Shown here piece by piece: positions 1-12,935 of a stretch of DNA of 64,000 bases. This stretch comes from Octopus sinensis (taxonomy: Eukaryota): positions 76,384,001 through 76,448,000 of the forward strand of contig NC_043000.1 in assembly GCF_006345805.1 (NCBI RefSeq). The letters are read 5' to 3'. The notes below the pieces were generated by a model. The model was not told where the DNA came from. It worked only from the letters and a program-made list of their open reading frames with translations, and did no database searches. A program made the position numbers and the translations under genes. Positions within the stretch are counted from its first letter, which is position 1. Every line of letters begins with the position of its first letter.

Positions 1-2103
1 GAAGAACCTGAAACACAAAGACACCTCAGGGAGAGAATGGCACTGGAAAAAATGAAAATGGAAATAGAACTTCTGAAATTGAGGGCCCAAACGAATGAGG
101 ATAAAATAAAATCCACCGATGAAGATATCAACGAAGAAATTCGCAAAATGACCCAAGGCCCAGATCAAGAGAAGTTCTCCAAACTATGGAAAGAGGACTG
201 TGAAAAAGAAGAACTAAAATCTCTCCAACGCTGGGAGAAAAGCGCCACTTGGTTCTCAGACTATGAAGCCGTCTTTCAAACAGAGCACGCCTCCAACACC
301 CTTTCCAGAAAATAAGAAAACCAAAACAACACCCAAACACCGATACACACCTGTCTAAAAATCGGAACCTTCACTACTATCAAAAAAGAATACAGGACCT
401 AACCCTAACTCTGTAAGCAGCCAGCGATACAATATCAGGAATACCCCCACTTCAAGCAGAGAAAGGATAAATCAACACCCACAGCATAGACACTGCAACC
501 TCATCCCCACCCAAAGGAGTTACCAACGAAATCTTCGTCCCATTAACCGGTTAAACAACCATGCACAACAAACCCACACCACTTGCAATGATACCAACGA
601 AGGCCTCCTAGAACACCACACCCGAATATGGGATATCGGGATGCTCTCCTCAATACTGCTCCAAGAACACACACCATAAATCACAACAGGAGACCCCTAA
701 TCAACAAAGAACAACTATATACTAGCTACCGTCCCAACCACCGCATTCATTTTTTAGACCCAATACGCAAACACAGAGACACAAGATAGCACCAAACAAG
801 CAGGAGGAACAAAAGTAATAAAAATTATTAATCTAACTCACAAGGAAAACAACAGCAAACCAAATAAACATACTTTCCAAAGGACTCAAGTTTACACCCA
901 CCCCACAACACCCCAACTACAATGAAATGAAAGAAGACATCGCAGAATTCTGCAGAAAATTAAGACTTACTGAGGAGCTATACGATAAATACAACGAGGA
1001 CGAATCGTTAGCCAGAAATAGGAGTAACTACACCCCCTCGAAAGGTAAGAATAAAACACTTGATGATTTCTGTGACCACATATCAAATTACCCATATCAA
1101 CATATGCACAAACAAAAACACAAACCAAACTTCAGCAAAAAGAATGGGCTGAGTTGAACAAATTAAAACTAGATAAAACAATAACAATCAAAGAGGCCGA
1201 TAAAGGGAGTGCTGTTGTCTTAATGGATACGACATTTTACATAACTTTGGTACTTTCTATGCTGGAAGACACAACATACTATGAAAAGGCACAAAACTAC
1301 AGTCAACAAAAATAATGAGGGAACTAAAATCCATATTAAACCCATACAAAGCAGGGCTCACCGACAAAGAATATGATTATATGACCAATTTCACAAGTAA
1401 AACTAGCCAATTCTACGGTATACCTAAGATCCACAAAAGTGAAAAAATAAGCAACGCATGCAAGATAGCTACAGACAAAATAATTAAAGTCCCTAATCCT
1501 AATGACCTCAAATTGAGACCCATAATAGCAGGTCCCGCATGCGAAACCCACCGCCTCAGTAACTTTTTAGACACCCTGTTAAAACCACTCCTCAAACATG
1601 TCAAAAGCTATATAAGGGACGACTTAGATATGCTCAATCACCTACCGAATACTATAACAAAAACACCATACTGGTATCCTTCGATGTAGTCAACCTCTAC
1701 TCCAATATCCCCCACAACCTAGGACTAGAGGCAATCCAATTCTGGCTAGAGAATCACGCCAACGAACTACCACACCGCATCAAAAAAGAATTTGTGATAG
1801 AAGGGGTTAAATTCATCCTGGAAAATAACTTCTTCGCCTTCAATGACAACTTCTACCGACAAAAATCGGGGACTGCGATGGTACACGAATGGCCCCCTCC
1901 TTTGCCAACCTAGTCATAGGATACCTAGAGATCAGTCTGTATCGTAAGGTTCTAGAAAGATATGGCAGCCCTTTCTCCATCTACATAGAAAACAACTGGA
2001 AGAGATATCTAGATGACTGTTTCATCCTTTGGCATAAAAATATAGAAAAACTCATAGAATTCCAGAAAATTTTAAACGGACTGGACGTAAACATCCAATC
2101 ACG

Positions 2104-3012
2104 ATGGAATATAGCCAACAACAACTCCCCTTCCTCGATATCCTCATTAAGAAAGCTAATAATATAATAGAAACAGACATATACTATAAGCCTACAGACT
2201 CTAAGCAATATCTTCCATTCAATTCATGCCACCCCAGACACACCAGGATGAATATCCCCTTCAATCTAGCCAAAAGGATATGCACTATAGTCTCTAACGC
2301 AAACACCAGAGACACACGACTACAAGAACTAAAAGATACCCTAATCACCAGGAACTATCCACCTTCACTTATTGACAAGTGCATTCAACGTGCCCTTCAA
2401 CTTAACATCAAGGAACTGAGACATCCCAAATCAAAGAAAAACTTACAACCAAAAGCCTTACCATACATCTCCACACACAACCCTCTCAATAACGAAGCCT
2501 TCGACACCATCCTCCACAACATACCCCTCCTAAAAAAAGACCACAGAATGAACACAATCCTCCAAACACACACGATCATAAAAAGCAAAAGACAGCCTAG
2601 ATCCATGAAAAGTCTCCTTACACAAGCCCGAATTCACTCTTCAACACAGAAGCCGACAGTAAAAAAATGTGGAAGACCCAATTGCGGGATATGCGACTAT
2701 CTAATCGAGGGTTCTGAGTTCTCCTTCAAACAGGGACAACGGTTTACAGTGAAAAGCAACTTCACATGTGCTTCGGAGAACCTAATATACTCACTAACCT
2801 GCTCCGGGTGTCAAGAGCAGCAGTACATAGGCCAAACAAAAAATGGTTTGCGTAAACGAATGGCCCTGCACAGATCCCAGATAAAAATTCCCCAAAACAG
2901 AAAAATAGCTTTTAGCCAACACATAGATACTTGCGCCAACAAAAAAACACCAAACTTCAGAATTTTCCCCTCTACCAATTTAGGGACGATACAACCTCGA
3001 GACAAAGAATAA
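2104..3012 (+). pseudogene. PLE-1 RT thumb + GIY-YIG endonuclease segment
   Basis: CGRPNCGICDYL...FTCASENLIYSLTCSGCQEQQYIGQTKNGLRKRMALHRSQI; a late frameshift continues as ENLFITKYKPLLN. Confidence 0.9.
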
Positions 3013-3760
3013 GTAAAGAAAATCTCTTTATTACAAAATACAAGCCACTTCTTAACGGGTCTACGACAAACAATTAATATACCTCAACTTTAGAATAAAA
3101 GAAAAAAATATATATACACACACAAATACTACACTCCATAGAATCCATTACTAATCAGCCCCTTCATAGCTATATTTACACCCATTCATATTCTCCCTTC
3201 TCTGTTTTTTCTTCTTCTTCTTCTTCATCATCATCGTTATCATCATCATCGGCGTCATCATCATCGCCACCATCATCACCACCATCTTCTCCTTCTCCTC
3301 CTTCTTCTTCTTCATCATCATCGTTATCATCATCATCGTCGTCATAATCATCACCACCATCACCATCATCTTCTCCTTCTCCTTCTCCTTCTTCTTCTTC
3401 TTCTTCTTCTTCTCCACCCCTACCCCTTAAGTTTGTCACTAATGTTTTTTGTATAACACCTACGCTAATTCTATAAACAAGCCTGTCAATATAAATATTC
3501 TCCTGAATTGAACTGAGACTGCCAGCCGCCACTGACCATTCAAAATACGACCATCAGGGCACTCCCAGATTCTCCCACCCCCTTTCCTCACCAGCCTTCC
3601 CTCTACTACCCTACCAAGAACTCACAACTACCTCGAACACACAAGTGCAAACAAGGGAGTCAGAGAAAGGCAGAATGCCACTTAAATCTGAACACTACTA
3701 TAGAAATATTCTTTTAAGAAAACTTTTCTTCTAATTTTTCTAAATTTAATTATTTAATCG

Positions 3761-3804
3761 TTACAGTTGAAAAGGTCTCAAAATGACCGAAACCGGTACT
3801 GAAA
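3761..3804 (+). ncRNA. Minimal type-I hammerhead ribozyme motif in PLE-1 3' repeat (core UUGAAAA, U3-A8)
   Basis: TTACAG|TTGAAAA|GGTC-TCAAAAT-GACC|GAAA|CCGG|TA|CTGAAA: stem I 5 of 6 pairs, stem II 4 bp, palindromic ACCGGT stem III, GUA cleavage triplet. Confidence 0.75.
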
Positions 3805-3890
3805 TGTTCACTATAAAATTATTTTAGCATTTTCTATTTTTTACTTGTTTTTTCATATATATCAACTCGTGTGTTCCTTTTCACCCTTAT

Positions 3891-4107
3891 ACATATATAT
3901 ATAATATATATATCATATACATTAATATATATATATTATATATATATATATATATTATATAATATATATATACATATAATATAATATATACATTATATAT
4001 ATATATACATATATTATATATATACAATATATATATATACATATATATATACATATATATCTATATATATACATATATATATACATATATATATACATAT
4101 ATATATA

Positions 4108-4156
<49 letters not shown>

Positions 4157-4197
4157 ATAATATATTATATATATATATTATAATACATATATATATA

Positions 4198-4238
<41 letters not shown>

Positions 4239-4291
4239 TATATATACATATATAATATATATATATATATATTATACATATATATATACAC

Positions 4292-4322
<31 letters not shown>

Positions 4323-4378
4323 TATACATAATATATAATATATATATATATAGATATATATTATATATATATATATAT
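3891..4378. repeat. Imperfect (TA)n microsatellite
   Basis: Direct reading. Confidence 0.97.
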
Positions 4379-4379
4379 T

Positions 4380-7300
4380 GGAGAAATTGATCTTGCGAGA
4401 TATATCCTTTAAAACTGTTTTCTTATCTTTTGCTATCGTGCGCGTGTGTTATTTAGAACGGTAAATTTCGTGACAACAAAAGTGTCGATGTTTACAGGTT
4501 GTACATATCTGTGATGAATGGATATTTTTACTTTTATCTATATCTATATATGTAAGTATGTGTGTATATGTAACATATTGTAGCTATTCCTTCTCTTGCA
4601 TTCTCACACTCTCTCCCTCTCTCAAAATCTCTTTCTCTCTCTTTCTTTCACAGCCTCTCTGCCCCTCTATCTCTCCCTCGTAATCCTTTCTCTCGCTTTC
4701 CTGCACTACCTCTTTCTCCCCCCCTCTCTCGCTCTTTCCATCACACTATCTCTCCCCCCTCTCTCTCCTCACTCTCCCTTTCTCCTTCCTTTTCACTATC
4801 CCTTTCTCTTTCCCTCACGAACTCACTCCCTCCCTCCCAATCTCTCTCTTTTTCTTTCCTTCAGACCCCCTTTCTCTATCTCTCTCGCCCTCTCTCGCTT
4901 TTCCTTCCCTGCCTCTCTCTCACCCTCTCTCTCTTTCCCCAAAACAGTCTTCTTTCCTCTCTCTCACCCTCCCTTCCTCACAATCTCTTCCTCTCTCCTC
5001 CCTTCTCCCTTTTTCCCTCACAGCTTCTCTCTCTCTCCCCGCTACAACGGAATGGACAACATGCAAAAATTAGAGGTGAATGCAAACATGGCGTCAACAA
5101 AAGCCAGCGTAACTGGACGAAAGTAGAGCTGGAAGTTTTCATCAGAGGATGGAGCTCGGCCGACAGATCGCAACCAACTAAAAACATAGCGGCGACCCTG
5201 AAAAGCCATGGCTTTATGAGGACGTTGGCGCAAGTAGAGAGGAAGAAAAGAGAAGTCGAAAGGGCCTACACTCTCATTGCACCACACATGGCTTTGCTAA
5301 GCCAAGTCCTCAAGGTGGACAAGACAAAGAGAGAGAGATGGAAACAGGAAACACCAACCACAGAGTGTCAAAAAATGACACGCCCACTGCCACAGTCGAA
5401 GAAGGCAAGCAGGGCAAACAACAGATAGGCGGCGATGGGGAAACGGAAAATAACCACCCGGATGAAAATACCTATGCAGAAAGGAACCAGTGGAAACCGT
5501 CCAACGGAGGAAGAGAAAACAGAGAGGAACTGGGGACAAGAAAACCCAGATAACATGCAAATTCTTCCGGAATGGAACCTGCTGGCATGGAGAAACAGGG
5601 GAAGGATGCAGGTTCGCTCATCCCAGGCCCTATGGAAATTGCATCAAACCCACTCGACCAAAATGCCTTAACCAAAACCAAGACCGAAACCAAAACCAGA
5701 ACAAATACAAGTGCCCCAGAAATATGCAGACATAGTGCGTAATGCCCCAACAAGGAGAAGGCGCACATTTGCAGAGGAAATGCAGACGGCGGCAGCAGAA
5801 CAAAGAAATTTTGTGGAAATAGCAGAGAAAATTGTGGGACAACTGGCCTGGATACATCGTCTTCAGAGCCAGGGGCACTCACAACAGCACTCAAGACCAC
5901 CACAATCAAGGGACCCAGGGTGGCCACCGCTGACACCAGCCCAGGTGCCACACCGTCAGCCTTTATTGACACCCCAAATATCTCACCAGTGCTTCTGCTG
6001 AATGTCAGAGGTCTGTGTGATGAAACCCACTAATATGAGTAAAATTCCTTACCTTAGGGACTTAAGCACAAGCAACCATGCAATATGCATAGCGCTGACT
6101 GAAACGCACCTGTCAAGCAGTATAGCAGATGCAGAAATACACGTACCAAAGTATACTGTTTTTCGGTCAGACAGGAAGGAAAGAACTCATGGTGGGGTTG
6201 CCCTGTACGTCCGTGAAGATGTCACACCCATAGTACTGTTGACACACTCAAACTCAGTCTGTGACACACTGATAGTACACATGAAAACAACCGAAAATAG
6301 TAATATGTGTCACATATCGGCCACCAGACACCCCTAGTCATGAAGGAGTTTTGAAGATAGCCTCAGAAGAATAGAAGAAGTCCTGGACAAACTGGACCAG
6401 GGTAACACCATTCTACTGCTGGGAGATTTTAACCTTCCGAAAGTCAAATGGCCAGATGGCCATCTCCTCCTGGAATGACATCACTTGAACAGAGACAGAC
6501 AGAGTCCTTGTTGGCTCTCACACGCAAGTTTTTCATGGAACAAGCAGTGCTTCGGCCAACAAGAGGTGAGAATGTCTTGGACCTCTGTTTCACAAGCAAC
6601 CCGATGCTCATCCACAACATAATGGTAACACCAACAATTCTCTCGATCACAACTTAGTAGAGGTAATGATATATGGTATGAGAGAGTTAGTTGAGACGCA
6701 GCCATTAGAAAATACCACAGGCCTATCCAGTCTAAACTTCCATAAGGCAAACTGGAAGAAGATCAACGAAGAGATCCGAAAACATGACTGGAGTGACTTC
6801 ATCACCACACAAGACACAACACACATTTCCAACATTTCATGACAACAATACAGAACATATGCCATAAGTTTGTCCCGGAGAAAAAAGCCAGCGAGCATAG
6901 GAACGTTATTCCCAGAGACAGGAAAATACTTATGAGGCGAAGAGCTAAGCTCTCGAAGCAACTGAATGCACGGCAGAGAAACAAAGAGGGACTCCACCTG
7001 AAACTTTTTGAAACGGAAACTGCACTCAAACTTTCCTATGAGAAGGAGAGGGCAGAGAGAGAAGCCAGGGCCATAGAGAATATTAAAACAAACCCTAAAG
7101 CCTTCTTTAAATTTGCGAAAGAAACCACCTCGGTACACTGCAAGATTGGCCCACTCTTTGATAAAAGGGCTCTCTAACTGAGGACCCACAAGGGATAAGT
7201 GAAATACTAAAGGAACAGTATAAAAGTGTGTTCACATCCCCTCTGGGGCACATGCAAATCACAAACCCAGAAGTTTTCTTTGATGCCACAACACTCCAAA

Positions 7301-8731
7301 ACCAAACAACAACCATCGACACATAGACATAACAGAGAGGGATGTAATATCTGCCATAGAAGAAATGAAAATAAACTCAGCTGCTGGACCAGATGGATTC
7401 CCAGCAGTCCTCCTAAAAACATGCAGGCATGCCCTAGCGGGACCACTGAAGAAGCTCTTCAGTGGTTCCTTGGCTAACGGTAAACTGCCCAGGGCGCTAA
7501 AAGAAGGCACCATATGCCCTATCCACAAAGGAGGGAGTAGAGCAGAGGCCAAAAACTACAGGCCAGTCTCCCTGACGTCACACATAAGTAAGGTCATGGA
7601 ACGAATCATCAGAAAAAAACTGATCACGTTCCTCGAAGAAACTAACCGTCTCACTGACACACAGCATGGCTTCGCCCAGGAAGAAGCTGCCTTACGCAGC
7701 TGTTACAACACTACGACTGGGTACTGAAACAACTACTGGATCGCTCACAGGTGGATGTGGTATATCTCGACTTTGCGAAGGCCTTTGACAAAGTCGACCA
7801 CGGAGTGATATGTCACAAGTTACTCAGACTCGGCATAACAGGAAAAGTAGGTGAGTGGATACATGACTTCCTGAAGGACAGAAGCCAGATGGTTGCAGCC
7901 AATGGAGCCCTCTCGGGAAAGACACCAATAGCAAGCGGGGTGCCACAGGGTACAGTCTTGGGACCCTTGCTGTTTTTGGTGGCGCTCTCTGACATGCCCT
8001 TGGTAGCACAAACAACATCCCTCACTAGCTATGCTGATGACACAAAGGTAGCACAGGCAATCAAAAACCCAGCTGATGCTGACCTTTTACAACAAGATCT
8101 GGATGCCATATACAAATGGGCTGAAGACAACAACATGCAATTTAATGCTGGTAAATTTCAAGCCTTACAATATCAAGCTGTAAACACATATACATTACAA
8201 CACAACTATACTGGTCCAGGAGGGATCGAAATCCCAGTATCGAAATCAATACGGGACCTGGGGATAGACATGAGTGACGATGCATCTTTTTCTTCACACA
8301 TCGCGAAGGTGGCGACAATGTGCAGACGACTCACTGGCTGGATCCTGAGGACATTCCGGACAAGAGACTGCGAGACCATGTTGACACTATGGAGGACATT
8401 TGTCCTAAGCCGCCTGGACTACTGCTCCCAACTGTGGTCACCGCATAGTGTCAAACTAACCACAGAGCTTGAGACAATCCAAAGACATTTCACCAAGAGG
8501 ATTTCCACCATGAAAGAAAAGAACTATTGGGAGAGGCTTAGGGAACTCAATTTGTACTCAATTTTCAAAAAACATCTAGACAAGCTTCTTTCCGGGATCC
8601 CAGATGAACCCACTGCAAGGTACGAAGGTAACCTAAGGGCAGCAGCTACAAACTCTCTCTTAGATCAGTGGCCAGCATGGCCTCAGCCGGATGGCTGAAA
8701 CAAGTAAAAGAGTAAAAGAGTAAAAGAGTAA
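4380..8731 (+). mobile_element. CR1-group LINE (LINE-a): CT-rich 5' region, ORF1 with CCCH finger, frameshifted APE+RT ORF2, (AGTAAAAG)n tail
   Basis: APE motifs IALTETHL, RSDRKERTHGGVALYV, LLGDFN, NVLDLCF; RT motifs YRPVSLTS, YLDFAKAFDKVDH, GVPQGTVLGPLLF, YADDTK, RDLGI; tail AGTAAAAG x3.6 at 8703-8731; 5' boundary approximate. Confidence 0.92.
7751..8698 (+). pseudogene. LINE-a RT C-terminal half with an internal deletion near 8560
   Basis: Sequence jumps from ELNLYS straight to IFKKHLDKLLSGIPDEP; the LQRRR-type segment usual in this clade is missing. Confidence 0.8.
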
Positions 8732-8732
8732 T

Positions 8733-8781
8733 ATATATATTATTATTTACACGTACATACTTATCAGGACGCGTACGTGTG

Positions 8782-8836
<55 letters not shown>

Positions 8837-9463
8837 TTTCAACATGCAAGTGTTACCTTTCTTCGCTCACCTAAACTACAAATTTATTGCATGACATTTT
8901 GATATTTCACAAGTGGTTACACTTTAAACGTAAACGGTAAACTGACGCAAGCATGACACTGTCTGTTGAATATCGTCGTTATGAACCAACTTCTTAACCA
9001 CTGAGCCATATGCTCAAATGTACCACCACACGGTACACAATATTATAAGTAATAATCAATTATTGGTTAGTGATTTGGTGCGAGAAGAGCAGCAGTCTAA
9101 CTTTTCACCTACCCGCTTATTCGTCCCTGACTTCTGGTACAACTCTGTAACACGGTGTATAGTAAAAGTAGTTGTACTTCCGCTCTCAGCACCCAAACAT
9201 CGTTCAGTTAAACAGATGGACAAATAGATTCTATAAGAAAAAGTAGTAGTAGTAGTAGCAGTAGTAGTAGTAGTAGTAGTAGTGGTAGTGGTAGTGGTAG
9301 TAATAGTAGTAGTAATAGTAGTAGTAGTAGTAGTAGTAGTTGTTGTTGTTGTTGCTGTTGTTACTCTTATTGCTACTATTCTTGACATTTTATCTATAAT
9401 GAACTCGGCTAAAGCCCAAAAATTTCGCCTTTGATTAAATTTGTTTCATATCAATCAAAAGTC

Positions 9464-9465
<2 letters not shown>
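8733..9465. repeat. Left arm of ~0.7-kb inverted duplication (partner 12746-13433)
   Basis: Reverse-complement match including (GA)n and (TAG)n tracts; same ORF predicted at 9018-9227(+) and 12968-13177(-). Confidence 0.95.
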
Positions 9466-9557
<92 letters not shown>

Positions 9558-9564
9558 TATATAT

Positions 9565-9652
<88 letters not shown>

Positions 9653-9672
9653 CTATATATATATATATATAT

Positions 9673-9705
<33 letters not shown>

Positions 9706-11754
9706 ATTATATATATATATATATCTATATATATATGCGGACCTCTATAGGGCCGAGGCTTTCCGCCAACTCAATGACACCTCCTTCTATTCCCCTCTGC
9801 CCTCTAACCCACACGTAGCTACCAACAGACGGTATCCTCTACTGTCCACGACCTCATCTCGTCCTCCCGTCTCCCCCGCACCGCATCCAACCTAATTGTG
9901 CGAACCCCACGTACCCCCACCATTTACTTCCTCCCCAAAATCCACAAACCCAACAACCCTGGCCGCCCCATCGTCTCCGCCTGTAACTGCCCCACGGAGC
10001 TCATCTCTAAATACCTCGACCGTGTCCTTGCCCCCCTAGTGGCATCTCTTCCCTCCCACATCCACGATACCAACCATGCTCTCCGGCTTTTCAACTCTTT
10101 CTCCTTTCCTCCCGGCTCCTCCAAAATCCTTTTTACTATGGACATCCAAAGCCTCTATACTGTTATCCCTCACCACGAAGGACTGCAGGCCCTTCGACAC
10201 TTTCTTGACCTCCGCTCTAACCCTGTACCTGACACCTCCACACTCATTTGGGCGAGTTCTACCATCAGGTCTCGGGAGTGACCATGGGAACGCGAATGGG
10301 CCCCAACTATGCGAACCTGTTCGTTGGCTATGTTGAGGCCCAAATATTCTCTAATTTCACTGGTCCCACTCCTGAACTATATGGTCGTTACATTGACGAC
10401 ATTATCGGTGCCACCTCACTCGCCCGTGAACATCTAGATTCCTTCCTCTCTTCGTCCAATCTTTCATCCAGCCCTCCACTCACTTCCACTATCTCCAACA
10501 CCTCTGTCTCCTTCCTCGACATTTCGGTTAGCATTCTTCACTCCACTCTTACCACCTCCATTCACTACAAACACACAGACTCACACTCAACCTCAACTTC
10601 TCTTCCTCCCACCCAGAACACACCAAGCTTTCCATCCCCTATTCCCAATTCCTCCGTCTACGTAGGCTCTGTAGTGACGACCATGACTTTGAGACTCAGT
10701 CTCAACGTATGGCTCACCACTTCACCCTACGTGGATACCCCCTCACCACTATCCACACCGCCCTTGCCAGAGCACGGTCCGTGGACCGTGTATCTGCTCT
10801 CTCTCCCCGAACCCGCCCTGTAGTCTCCCGCCTCCCTTTTCCCCTCACTTACCACCCCACGACCCTACGTCTCCAACGCACCATTCTTCGAGCTTTCCGT
10901 CATCTCCAGTCCTACCCGTCCACTTCACACCTCTTCCCTAACCGACCCCTCCCCTCTTTCAAACGAGCCCACAACCTTCGAGACCTTTTGGTCCATAGCT
11001 CCTTCCCTGACCCTACCTCCCAACCCGGCTCGTTCCCCTGCTCCCGCCCACGTTGCCGCACTTGCCCTTACCTCTCCAACACCACCCGCCTCACTAGCAC
11101 CCACCATCGACCCTATCCCATCATCCACTCCTTCACTTGCACCTCCAGCAATATTACCTATTGCGTCTCTTGCTCTCTCTGCAATTCCTTGTACATCGGA
11201 CAAACGGGACGCCGCTTGGCTGACCGGTTCGCGGAACACCTTCGTGACATCCACCTTGCGAACGACACACCGGTCTCACGCCATTTCCGCTCCACCGGTC
11301 ACTCCTTGCAACACCTATCTGTGTTCGGTTTGTCCTTACACAGAGGCCATCCGGATTCCCGTTTGCGCCGTGAACAGGAATTAATCTTCTCTCTTCGCTC
11401 TTATACGCCATTTGGTCTCAACTCTCCACCCCCCTCCTCATCTAACCCCCCTCTCCCCCTCCTCACCTATCCTTCCCCCCCGACCCCTACTTCTTCAGTC
11501 CTTCATCCTTTCACCCCTACTCCCCTTCCCTTCTTCCCCCTCCCTCCTTCCCTCTTCCCCTTCCCTCTGCTCCCTCACTCCCCTTCTCTCTCCCCTCCCC
11601 CTCTTTCCTCCTTCCTCCCCTTCCTTCTCCCCCTCCTCTCCTCTTCCCCCCTCTCCTCCCCTCTTCTTCCCATCCCCTTCTCCCCCTCCCCCTCTTCTCA
11701 CTACACCACACGACTTCACACATCACATCATATATGATGTGCCATACTAATACA

Positions 11755-11988
11755 TACACCAACTAATACATACTAATACGTACTAATACATACTAATACA
11801 TACTAATACATACACCAACCCTATACATACACACGTCCAGACCCCTCATACGCACTTATACTCTCTCATACACACACACACACACTTATACATACTAATA
11901 CGTACTAATACATACTAATACATACTAATACATACACCAACCCCATACATACGCCTGTCCAGACCTATCCTACGCACTAATACTCTCT

Positions 11989-12023
<35 letters not shown>

Positions 12024-12088
12024 ATACATACTAATACATACACCAACCCTATACATACACACGTCCAGACCCCTCATACGCACTAATA
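11755..12088. repeat. Complex minisatellite in PLE-2 3' region (CTAATACATA units; ~125-bp higher-order unit, ~3 copies)
   Basis: The motif (C)GTCCAGACC(C)...ATACGCAC recurs near 11833, 11957 and 12062. Confidence 0.8.
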
Positions 12089-12255
12089 GGTGGTCATTCA
12101 ACCCTGTTATCAACCCTATTATCTCCCCTTATTTCGCTCTCGCGTCTCATGTTTGATCTTTGACTTCTGGCCGAAATCAGATCGCCATGTTGATTCGTTA
12201 GTTACTGCACGCATTTTTTTCTCTCCTTCTTTCTGTGTTTTTTTCTCTCTGTGTA

Positions 12256-12293
12256 TCTTTCTGTTGAAGAGCGTAGGCTCGAAACGTTAAAGA
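12256..12293 (+). ncRNA. Minimal hammerhead-like motif in PLE-2 3' repeat (core CUGUUGA, extra A before stem II)
   Basis: TCTTT|CTGTTGA|A|GAGC-GTAG-GCTC|GAAA|CG|TT|AAAGA; stem I TCTTT/AAAGA; palindrome AACGTT. Confidence 0.65.
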
Positions 12294-12390
12294 CTTGTTT
12301 TATTTATATTTCCTGAGCGCCATACTAATACAATTGTTTGTTTGTTTTCCACCTGCCTTCGTCTTTTGTCTATTTTCATAAAGCTTCCCG

Positions 12391-12437
<47 letters not shown>

Positions 12438-12443
12438 ATATAT

Positions 12444-12479
<36 letters not shown>

Positions 12480-12522
12480 CATACATACATACATATATAT
12501 ATATATATATTATATATATATA

Positions 12523-12575
<53 letters not shown>

Positions 12576-12663
12576 TATAATTTCAACAATTGAGGGTAAA
12601 ATTAATTAATTAATCAATTTCACCAAGTATTCAGTATGCAAAGGGACCATTTAAGGCGAATTC

Positions 12664-12745
<82 letters not shown>

Positions 12746-12747
<2 letters not shown>

Positions 12748-12886
12748 GACTTTTGATTGATATGAAACAAATTTAATCAAAGGCGAAATTTTTGGGCTTT
12801 AGCCGAGTTCATTATAGATAAAATGTCAAGAATAGTAGCAATAAGAGTAACAACAGCAACAACAACAACAACTACTACTACTACTA

Positions 12887-12935
<49 letters not shown>

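Larger units (their letters stand above)
1..3890 (+). mobile_element. Penelope-like retroelement (PLE-1), frameshifted RT + GIY-YIG endonuclease, 3' terminal repeat region; 5' end lies before the window
   Basis: Split ORFs 927-1157, 1315-1689, 1889-2167, 2104-3012 give PLE RT motifs (FYGIPKIHK, LRPIIAGP, MAPSFANL, WKRYLDDCF, PFLDILI, YYKPTDS) then CxxxxCxxC and YIGQT of a GIY-YIG nuclease; HHR motif near the 3' end; ends at a (TA)n tract. Confidence 0.93.
9736..12392 (+). mobile_element. Penelope-like retroelement (PLE-2), 5'-truncated, RT + GIY-YIG, flanked by (TA)n on both sides
   Basis: YFLPKIHKPNNPGRPIVS, MDIQSLYTVIP, MGTRMGPNYANLFVGY, YGRYIDDII, SFLDISV, CSRPRCRTC, CSLCNSLYIGQTGRRLADRFAEH, REQELIFSL. 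Confidence 0.94.

Noticed and set aside
3151-3532. Highly acidic Asp/Glu or Met/Lys-rich ORFs on the minus strand
   Set aside because: Duplicated (GAT)/(GAA) simple repeat in the PLE-1 3' region; open in several frames because of low complexity
4596-5126. 176-aa Leu/Ser/Pro/Phe ORF, and similar ORFs at 11412-11762
   Set aside because: CT-rich low-complexity tracts
9431-9818. YIYIYI-type ORFs here and at 12287-12589, 28094-28333, 40525-40829, 41250-41730
   Set aside because: Translations of (TA)n, (TACA)n or (CA)n microsatellites, not genes
11755-12088. Regularly recurring motifs suggestive of a CRISPR array; also the ~3-kb units at 28160-37020
   Set aside because: Eukaryotic context, no unique spacers, no cas genes; these are a minisatellite and a transposon array
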